From the NCBI GenBank assembly GCA_963707635.1, contig OY970173.1, positions 1,984,001 to 2,048,000 on the forward strand: a DNA stretch of 64,000 nucleotides, written 5' to 3'. The notes under the pieces were generated by a model. That model worked only from the letters and a program-made list of their open reading frames with translations. It did not search any database and was not told the DNA's origin. The position numbers were made by a program, and so were the translations under genes. This DNA is from Candidatus Latescibacterota bacterium. GTDB taxonomy: Bacteria; Krumholzibacteriota; Krumholzibacteriia; WVZY01; JAKEHA01. Positions 53,621 through 61,056 of the stretch are shown here, in pieces (the first letter of the stretch is position 1; each line of letters begins with the position of its first letter).

Positions 53621-54784
53621 CTAGAAGCGGTACTCGAAGCGTTCGATGCGCTCGATCGCGTCCCGGTCCCCCGCTTCCAGCACGCGCACGGCGCGAACGA
53701 GCTCCCACGGGGTCGAGAAATGAACGACGTGGCGCTCGCCGTCGTCGTAGCGGGCGAGCAGGTCGGCGAAAAGGGCGACCAGGCTTCCCGGTCCGTCCCC
53801 CAGCAGGCGGGCCGAATTCCGCTCCTGTGCCCCGTGCGTGTGCGCCTTGATGAACACCCAGCGCGGGAAGCCGGCCACCGTGATGCCGGTGCGGACCCAC
53901 GCGTCGAGGCGGTCGGGGGTCGGTGGGTTCGACCCGGTCAGGTCGCCGTTTTCGATCGCGGGAAGAACGCCCCTGCGCCGCTGCTTCCAATTCACCCCGA
54001 GCGGCCCCGTCACGATGAGCGGGCCCGCCGGGCCCGCGACTCCGAGTTGCGCGTCGACGCCGCGAAAGTGCGCGCGCGGGGCACGGGGATCCCCGGCCGC
54101 GTAGTAGATCCGGTTGATCACCGGCGGCTGCGACGGGTGCGGCGCCGACGGCAGCGTGAAATCGCCGTAGCAGCCGGTCTCGCGCAGGACGACCAGCTCG
54201 TCGTCGACGCCGCAATCGCGGCCGCGCCGGCCGGAGTTACCGAGCACCCAGTTGCCGTGGATGAAGGCGTACGTCGCCTCCCGGGTGAACGGGTCGTCGT
54301 GGAGCAGCCCGTGCTGCTCGCGCAGCGTCCGCTTGAAGGCGAGCAACTTGCTCCGGAGCGCCTCCGAGGTGTCGCGGTCGTGGTGGAGGTGGATTTCGAC
54401 TTCGCCGAAGCCCGCGCGCTGGACTTCGGCCAGCGTCTCGACGCAGCGGGGTTCGAGCGCGTATTCCTCCTGCGGGTAGAAGAACCCATGACGCGGCGGC
54501 CGCCCGCCCCGGTCGTGGAAACGCGCCGCGATCTCGGGGTAGCGCTCGCGCCAGCGCTGCGCGCGTTCCCGCGCGAGTTCGCGGTCACGGTTGTGCCAGA
54601 AGGGCTCGAAGTGGTCGACGATGCAGAAGAAGACGTGGCGAACTCCGTCGGCGCGGGGGCCACGCCGGCGGGCCAGGCCGGCGCGAACGATGAGGTCGAG
54701 GTTCTTGCCCCGGACCAGGCGCCACAGCGCGACGCCGGTAGCGGCGGCGGCGAGCCCGAGGATCGACAGGAGGACCGGCGTCAC
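53621..54784 (-). CDS. Membrane-anchored hypothetical protein, possible polysaccharide deacetylase-like fold
   Basis: N-terminal TM helix; VDHFEP, EIHLHH, FIHGNW, DFTLPSAP, KAHTHG. Confidence 0.7.
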   Translation of the reverse strand: MTPVLLSILGLAAAATGVALWRLVRGKNLDLIVRAGLARRRGPRADGVRHVFFCIVDHFEPFWHNRDRELARERAQRWRERYPEIAARFHDRGGRPPRHGFFYPQEEYALEPRCVETLAEVQRAGFGEVEIHLHHDRDTSEALRSKLLAFKRTLREQHGLLHDDPFTREATYAFIHGNWVLGNSGRRGRDCGVDDELVVLRETGCYGDFTLPSAPHPSQPPVINRIYYAAGDPRAPRAHFRGVDAQLGVAGPAGPLIVTGPLGVNWKQRRRGVLPAIENGDLTGSNPPTPDRLDAWVRTGITVAGFPRWVFIKAHTHGAQERNSARLLGDGPGSLVALFADLLARYDDGERHVVHFSTPWELVRAVRVLEAGDRDAIERIERFEYRF

Positions 54785-54788
54785 GCGG

Positions 54789-56183
54789 TCACCACGCCAT
54801 GTAGAGGAACAACTTGGTGAACAGCCATCCGCCGATCGCGCACAGGAACGCGTACACGAAGTCCTTGCGTTCGAACAGGACGTACTTCTCGTCGCTCGTG
54901 CGCACGAACATCTGGGTCACGGCCGTGCTCAATCCGATCATGATGTAGAGCAGTTCGCTGTACGTGCGTGAGAGCCAGTACGCCCCCAGACAATACGCGA
55001 TCAGGCTGTAGCGGAGCGTATCGACATAGAGCGCCAGCGAGCGTTCCCCGCGTTTCTTCAGCTCGTGGGCGATGAACGTGTTGTTCTTGATCGAGAGGTA
55101 GATCAGCATGACCCACGCGTACAGCCCGAAAATGCCCAGCTCCGCCGCGCACAGGACGAAGGAGTTGTGGGCGGTGCGGAAATGATACTCGGTGAAGTTG
55201 TTGTAGCCCACCCCGAACGGGATGAACTGCTCGAACAGATCGATGCCGATCCCCCACGCCTGGATGCGCCCGTACGCGGATGCCTCCTCGGTGGAGATGG
55301 TGGACATGCGCGGTCCCAGCACGAACAGGACGAACATGGCCAGCCCGCCGACGCCGTAACCGAGCACCTTTCCCAGCCGCCGGCTCAAGAGGATCATGAG
55401 CAGCGCGCCGAACGCCATCAGGCCGCCCCGCGACTGGGTGAGATAGAGCGCGTACGCCAGCAGCGCGAGGGTCAGGAAGGCGAACAACTTTTCCACCGGT
55501 TTCGCGCGCTCGAAGAGCTGCAGGAAGAGAAACGGCATCACCATGACGAGCGCGAGGCCGAGGTCGTTCGGGTCGGAGAAGATGCCGATCGCCTGGATGC
55601 GCCCCTCGTAGGTCTGCTGGCCGCCGAGTCCGAAGCCGGTGAAATACTGGACGATGCCCTGCACGGCGAGCGCCACCGTGAGCACGACCAGCAACTTGAT
55701 GATGAAACCGAGTCGCCGGGGGGTGTCGACCAGGTTGGCGATCAGGAAGTACATCATCAGGATGGCGAGGAACTCGGTGGCGGCGCTGACTACTCCGGCC
55801 ACGACCATGGTGCGCATCTGCGAGAGCAGAATCGCGGCGAAGAACCACAGCATGACCCAGTTCTGGGGCGCGTGTGCCACGCGGATCTGCCGTTTCTGGA
55901 CCGCCATGTGCAGAATGAAGAGAGCGATCGTCGCTGCGCCGATCAGCAGCATCACCGGGGCACCCATCAGGCCGGGGACGTAGTCCTGGGGGCGCAGGTA
56001 GAGAAACAGCAGGTAGTTCACCAGGCCGACGAAAGGCTGCACGAAGAGCACGGTGACCCCGACGATTCCCGCGCCCGCGGCGATGGCCATGCCGGTGGAG
56101 TCCAGCATCAGCTTCGTGACCACCAGCGCGAGCAGGCACGTGATCACGAACGTGACCGCAACGGTGACGCGGCGATTATCCAT
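54789..56183 (-). CDS. O-antigen ligase/Wzy-like protein (resembles exosortase-associated O-glycosylation ligases)
   Basis: Polytopic; RPQD, DPNDLG, TQSRGG, SAYGRIQAW, GVG, TAHNSF..AELG. Confidence 0.88.
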   Translation of the reverse strand: MDNRRVTVAVTFVITCLLALVVTKLMLDSTGMAIAAGAGIVGVTVLFVQPFVGLVNYLLFLYLRPQDYVPGLMGAPVMLLIGAATIALFILHMAVQKRQIRVAHAPQNWVMLWFFAAILLSQMRTMVVAGVVSAATEFLAILMMYFLIANLVDTPRRLGFIIKLLVVLTVALAVQGIVQYFTGFGLGGQQTYEGRIQAIGIFSDPNDLGLALVMVMPFLFLQLFERAKPVEKLFAFLTLALLAYALYLTQSRGGLMAFGALLMILLSRRLGKVLGYGVGGLAMFVLFVLGPRMSTISTEEASAYGRIQAWGIGIDLFEQFIPFGVGYNNFTEYHFRTAHNSFVLCAAELGIFGLYAWVMLIYLSIKNNTFIAHELKKRGERSLALYVDTLRYSLIAYCLGAYWLSRTYSELLYIMIGLSTAVTQMFVRTSDEKYVLFERKDFVYAFLCAIGGWLFTKLFLYMAW

Positions 56184-57396
56184 CGCACCTCCCCGCCGCA
56201 CCGCGGAGCAGTCCGTCGAGACGCGCGGCGATCGCGGCATGGGAGTACGCGCGAACCTGCGGGGGCACCGGGGTGGTGGGACCGCCGTCGCGACGGACGG
56301 CGACAACAAAGCGAGCCAGCGTCGCGGCGGCAGCGGCGGTATCGGGGCCGACGATCACCTCGCCGATCCCGGCCTCCCGCACGAGCGCCGCGGAGTCGCC
56401 TTCCGGCACCAGCGCCAGCACACGTCGCCCCGACGCGAGGTATGGATACGCCTTGCTGGGGACGCACGTCCGCCAGCTCTCGCGCTGCGGCAGGAGCAAA
56501 AGCAAGCCGCGCGCGCGGCGCATGGCGCGCAGACTCTCTTCGTGCGAGACGAAGCCGCGCCGTTCGACCCGGCTCTCCAGCCCGCGCTCGACGACCTTGC
56601 GCCACTCCCGGGGGTCGACGTTACCGTATATGGCCAGACGCGGCGCCCCCGCCGGGTCGTCCTTCGCGAGCCGCGCGACCACGTCGACGTAGAGATCCAT
56701 CATGCCGGGATAGACCTCGCCCACGTAGGTGAGGTCCGCACTCTCGGAGGTCGTTTCGGCCGGAGCATCGAGCATGGAGTCGTCGAAGCCGTTCGTCAGC
56801 ACGTCGACGCGCCCGGGGGCGAGAGCTGGAAAGGATGCCAGCAGCGCATCCCGGTTCCCGCGCGTATTGGCGAGGACCAGGTCCGCCGCCGAGAGCACGC
56901 GGCGTTCCAGCGCGCGATGCAGCGACTGCGAGAGCCGGCGGCGCGGATAGCGCGAGGGGGCCGTCCAGGGGTCGCGGTAGTCCGCCACCCACACGAAGCG
57001 ACGGCGGCGTCGAACGGCGGTGACGACACACTGGCTGGAATGCGGCGGACTCGACGTGAGCACCGCGTCGAACGACTCGTGGTCGAGCAGGCGCGTGAGC
57101 GCACCGGCAAGCGCGAGCGACCAGCCGACGTGCACGTCGGGAAACGCGACGTCCTTCCACAGACCCGCGAGGCGCCGCCGGACGTATCCACGACTGCGCT
57201 CGGTGTCCGCGCTGCCGCGTGATGTGGACACCACCCGAACGCCGTCCGCCGCGCGGGAGCCGGGTGCGGCGGTCAGCACCGTCACCTCCCAGCCGGAGGC
57301 CGCCAGGTGGCGCGCCATCGAGGCGACGCGCAGACTCCCGGGCGTGATCCACGGCAGGTAGTGGTACGAAACGACGAGGAGCCGCGGCGTGTGCAT
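56176..57396 (-). CDS. GT4 glycosyltransferase
   Basis: TSSPP, ADYRDPW, TNGFD, PSKAYPYLASG. Confidence 0.9.
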   Translation of the reverse strand: MHTPRLLVVSYHYLPWITPGSLRVASMARHLAASGWEVTVLTAAPGSRAADGVRVVSTSRGSADTERSRGYVRRRLAGLWKDVAFPDVHVGWSLALAGALTRLLDHESFDAVLTSSPPHSSQCVVTAVRRRRRFVWVADYRDPWTAPSRYPRRRLSQSLHRALERRVLSAADLVLANTRGNRDALLASFPALAPGRVDVLTNGFDDSMLDAPAETTSESADLTYVGEVYPGMMDLYVDVVARLAKDDPAGAPRLAIYGNVDPREWRKVVERGLESRVERRGFVSHEESLRAMRRARGLLLLLPQRESWRTCVPSKAYPYLASGRRVLALVPEGDSAALVREAGIGEVIVGPDTAAAAATLARFVVAVRRDGGPTTPVPPQVRAYSHAAIAARLDGLLRGAAGRCDG

Positions 57397-57398
57397 GG

Positions 57399-58601
57399 TC
57401 ACGCCGGCCGGATTCCCGCGCGACCGGTCATTGTATAGAGGAGTTTTCGCGCCTGGCGGCGCTGGCGCGCCCACGGACGTCCGCGGAACTCGTCCAGGAA
57501 ATCGACCAGGTACGCGCCGGGCGCGAACACGGTCCGGCCGCGGAGCCAAAACGACGGCACCCCCCGGCGCACGATCTTCCCCGGATTTTCGCCGGGCCGA
57601 TTCCGGTACCGCCACCGGTCACCCGAGCTCACGGTGACGGCGGCATAGTGCTCGCGCGCGAACTCCATCGCCTCATTATTGTATCCGCCCCCGGGCCACA
57701 CCAGGAACTCGACCTGGGTGGCGAGGGTTGAGGCGATCACGCGCTTCGATTCCACGAGCTCGCGTTCGAGCCGGCCGCGGTACTCGTCGTCGGACTCGGG
57801 GCGGCCCCCGCCCGCGCGACCGGACCGAAAGCGCGCCAGCTCCGCGCGAAGGTGCTCGCGCCACCCCGCCCCGGCGAAGATCGCCGGCCCCCCTTCCCGC
57901 GCGACCAGCGCTGCGAAGTGCTCGGTCTCACCGGGGTCGGGAAAGAAGCGCCGGCACGCGAGCGATTTTTCGTGTGCGTACACCGGAACCCCGTAAGGGA
58001 CGCGCGATTCTCCCGGGCGCTCGAGGTAGTGCGGCTTCGAGCCCGGCTCCGCGTTCCAGTCGAGCCAGTAGTGCCCGTCGCCCGGGTGATGGAAGTCGAC
58101 CACCTCGTCGCTCACCGGGTACCAGGTGTGCGTCATCGCGTGGCACTGCACGTCGAGGAGCCCCGCCGCCAGCAACCGTCGCAGCTCTTCCCAGGACATG
58201 AAGCCCCGCACCGGGAGGTCGGCGTCCGCCAGACGCCCGCCCCACACGTCGCGCAGCGTGGGCCGGACGGCGTCCTGCGGGTGCACGAACTCGGGCGTCA
58301 CCAGCACGGTCCCCGTGAATCCGTAGCGTTCGAGCAGCGGCGCCGCATAGACCCAGTTGTCGAGGTATCCGTCGTCGAAGGTGAGCACCACCGTCTTGCC
58401 CGCCAGCGGGCGCTCGCCCCGGACGTGTGCGTGCCAGTCGCGCAGCGTGGCGCTTCGATAACCCGCCCGGGAGAGCGCGCGCAGCTGGTCCTCGAACACG
58501 TTCGCCGGCGTGGTCAGGTTCGACCAGGCCCAGTCGGGCAGCACGCGCCCGACGCTGTGGTACATGAGAACGGGAACCGCGCCGTCGCCGGAACGCGTCA
58601 T
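57399..58601 (-). CDS. Polysaccharide deacetylase (NodB-type)
   Basis: PVLMYH, LTFDDGYLDN, MSWEEL, QCHAMTH, WPGG. Confidence 0.9.
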   Translation of the reverse strand: MTRSGDGAVPVLMYHSVGRVLPDWAWSNLTTPANVFEDQLRALSRAGYRSATLRDWHAHVRGERPLAGKTVVLTFDDGYLDNWVYAAPLLERYGFTGTVLVTPEFVHPQDAVRPTLRDVWGGRLADADLPVRGFMSWEELRRLLAAGLLDVQCHAMTHTWYPVSDEVVDFHHPGDGHYWLDWNAEPGSKPHYLERPGESRVPYGVPVYAHEKSLACRRFFPDPGETEHFAALVAREGGPAIFAGAGWREHLRAELARFRSGRAGGGRPESDDEYRGRLERELVESKRVIASTLATQVEFLVWPGGGYNNEAMEFAREHYAAVTVSSGDRWRYRNRPGENPGKIVRRGVPSFWLRGRTVFAPGAYLVDFLDEFRGRPWARQRRQARKLLYTMTGRAGIRPA

Positions 58602-59758
58602 GGCCGCACCCCCGGAGCCCCGCGCGATCGGGCGCCCGCGAGCAGGTCGCCGACGCGCCGGCACTGTTCCTCCAGCCGCCGCGGGTAGTAGCGGCGCACG
58701 CGCGCCGTGTCGAACGCGAACAGCACCGCCCTGCCCCGCTTCGACGTGTTGCGGCGTTGCTTGGCGCACCGGAACAGGAGGCTCTTGAGGTAGTAGCCCC
58801 CCAGATAGATATCGAGCAGCGGGTCGCGTGGCCCCGGCCCGAAGTACCCCTCGAGGAACGGCGCGCGCAGCGCCTGCACGCGACTCCGATCGAAGAAGAG
58901 CTGGTGCGGGTACGGATTCATCGTCTCCAGCGTCACCAGGAAGTAGTCGATGTCCTCGTAGATCGGGGCGGGCGTGCGATAATTCAAATCGAATACGTAC
59001 ACGAAATCGTCCCCCGCGTGCGCATTCTGGGGGCCGTAGTCGCCGTGCTGGTCGGACACGGCGACGCGCTGGTCGCGCCCGAACGCGTGCAGCGCGCGCA
59101 CCGAATCCCGCACGCGGGCGGCCGTCGCGCGGCCGAAGCCATGCGCCAGGAACAGCGCGATCTTTTCGTCGACGCGGGCGACGAATTCGTCGCCGAAGGG
59201 CGCGGTGTCGCCCTGCCGCGTCAACTGGTGGTACACCGCGAGCCATTCGCCGCACCGGCGCACGGTCGTCTCGAGACGGCGGGCCGCGTCGCGCCCCGCG
59301 AAACGGCCGCCGTCGCGCAGTATCACGCGCGAGAGGCGCTCTCCCCCGACGCGTTCCATCAGGAGCGCGTTCACGTCGTCGTAGAAATCGAGCGGACGCG
59401 GGACGCGCACTTCGCCTCCCGGTCCAAGGCGGTCGTGCATTGCCTGCAGGTGGCGGTACTCGGTAAGGCCTTCGTTGTTGTCGTCGAACACGGGCGCGAA
59501 CTTGACCACGATCGCGCGCGCGGTTCCGTCGGGGGCGCGGGTCTCGGCGAGGAACAATGGATAACTGGACGCCTCGCCGAGCCGGCGCAGGCTCACCTGC
59601 GCGGACGCGGAATCGAGCGGCGTTTCCGGGAAGTATCGGGAAATCCGGGAACGAATGCGCTCGGCGATGTCGCCCAGCATGGCCGCGGTCACGACCACGC
59701 CGTCGTCGGCGTGGACGGTCGCTGGCGGATTCACGACACCGGGCACGACATTCCTCAC
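58598..59758 (-). CDS. Aminoglycoside-phosphotransferase-like kinase
   Basis: IVVKF, VPRPL, LLMERVGG, HGDYGPQN catalytic loop, VFD. Confidence 0.78.
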   Translation of the reverse strand: MRNVVPGVVNPPATVHADDGVVVTAAMLGDIAERIRSRISRYFPETPLDSASAQVSLRRLGEASSYPLFLAETRAPDGTARAIVVKFAPVFDDNNEGLTEYRHLQAMHDRLGPGGEVRVPRPLDFYDDVNALLMERVGGERLSRVILRDGGRFAGRDAARRLETTVRRCGEWLAVYHQLTRQGDTAPFGDEFVARVDEKIALFLAHGFGRATAARVRDSVRALHAFGRDQRVAVSDQHGDYGPQNAHAGDDFVYVFDLNYRTPAPIYEDIDYFLVTLETMNPYPHQLFFDRSRVQALRAPFLEGYFGPGPRDPLLDIYLGGYYLKSLLFRCAKQRRNTSKRGRAVLFAFDTARVRRYYPRRLEEQCRRVGDLLAGARSRGAPGVRP

Positions 59759-60957
59759 GAGCGCCGCTTGGCCACGGCCTGCTCGAAAACCGCGTCGAGC
59801 CGGGCGTAGTTGGCGCGCCAATCGTAGCGGCTGACGACGAGCTCACGACCCGCCTTGCCCAGCGCGATCCGCAGCGCGGGGTTGCGCAGCAGTGCGACGG
59901 TGTGCGCGGCGAACTGCTCGGGGTCGTCGGTGATCATCGCGGTGCGGCCGTGCTCGAGCGCGATCCCCTCTGCACCCACCGAGGTCGTGACCAGCGGCTT
60001 CTCCATCGCCAGCGCCTGGAAGACCCGGTGCTTGGTCCCGGCGCCGACGCGAAGCGGCAGCACGACCACGGCGGCACGCTGGATGTACTCGCGGATGTCG
60101 GGGACCTGGCCGGTGACGACCACCCGGTCGCTGGCCAGACGCCGGATCGCCTCCGGCGGCGTCTTGCCGGCCAGCGTCAGCTTCACACCCGGGATCTCAC
60201 GCCGCACCCGCGGGAGGATCTCGTCGTGGAAATACAGCGCGGCGTCGTCCTGCGGGGGCCAGCCGAAGTTGGCGAAGTAAACGACGCTGTTCTCTTCCGT
60301 CGCCACGTGGTCCAGGGGGCGAAAGAACTCGACGTCGGCGCCGTTGGGGACGGTGGTCACGTCCGCCTGCGGCGCAATGCGCAGGAACTCCTCGCGGTCG
60401 CCGTCGGAGAGCGTCACGATCTTCTCGGACATGGCAGCGACCTGCTGCTGGCAGCGGATGAAGCGCGGGATCTGCAGGCGGACGAACGCCCGCAGCGCGG
60501 GGTTGGGATGGACGCTGCCGAAGCGCCGCCACAGCACGTGCTCGACGTTGTGCGCGTCGAACACGAACGCGGCGCGCCCCTTGTGGGCGGCGTACTGGCC
60601 CACGTGCAGAAAGTGGGCGTGGATGACATCGATGTTATCTTCGCGCACCATGCGTTCGACGGCGCGCGCCATCTCGGCGCGCCGGTACTCGGAGATGATG
60701 AACGGCCGCGAGCCCGCCAGACTGCCGACCGCCGTCGCAAGCCGCTTCCAGCGCGGGCGCACGAGGTCGATGCCGACGATCTTCCTGCAGTAGGGTTCGA
60801 GGTCGCGGAAGTGGTCGCGGCCGTGTCCGTCGAGCAGGAACGAGAGCAGGTACACCTCGTGGTGCTTCGAGGTTTCCTTGAGCAGGCTGAAGTTCCGGAT
60901 TTCCGCGCCGCCGAGCAGCGGCCAGATCGCCTTGGCGGTGAGGACGAGAACTCTCAT
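59755..60957 (-). CDS. GT4 glycosyltransferase
   Basis: WPLLGGAEIR, DAHNVE, VPNGAD, PLRVGAGT, TTSVGAEGI, YDW. Confidence 0.92.
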   Translation of the reverse strand: MRVLVLTAKAIWPLLGGAEIRNFSLLKETSKHHEVYLLSFLLDGHGRDHFRDLEPYCRKIVGIDLVRPRWKRLATAVGSLAGSRPFIISEYRRAEMARAVERMVREDNIDVIHAHFLHVGQYAAHKGRAAFVFDAHNVEHVLWRRFGSVHPNPALRAFVRLQIPRFIRCQQQVAAMSEKIVTLSDGDREEFLRIAPQADVTTVPNGADVEFFRPLDHVATEENSVVYFANFGWPPQDDAALYFHDEILPRVRREIPGVKLTLAGKTPPEAIRRLASDRVVVTGQVPDIREYIQRAAVVVLPLRVGAGTKHRVFQALAMEKPLVTTSVGAEGIALEHGRTAMITDDPEQFAAHTVALLRNPALRIALGKAGRELVVSRYDWRANYARLDAVFEQAVAKRRS

Positions 60958-61056
60958 ACGTGAAACGAACGCCGGCCACAAACGGCGAGGTCGCGTGGAC
61001 TTATACCACGCGACCTCGGTACTCAACAACGAACGTTTCCGACCGCCCGGGCGCGA

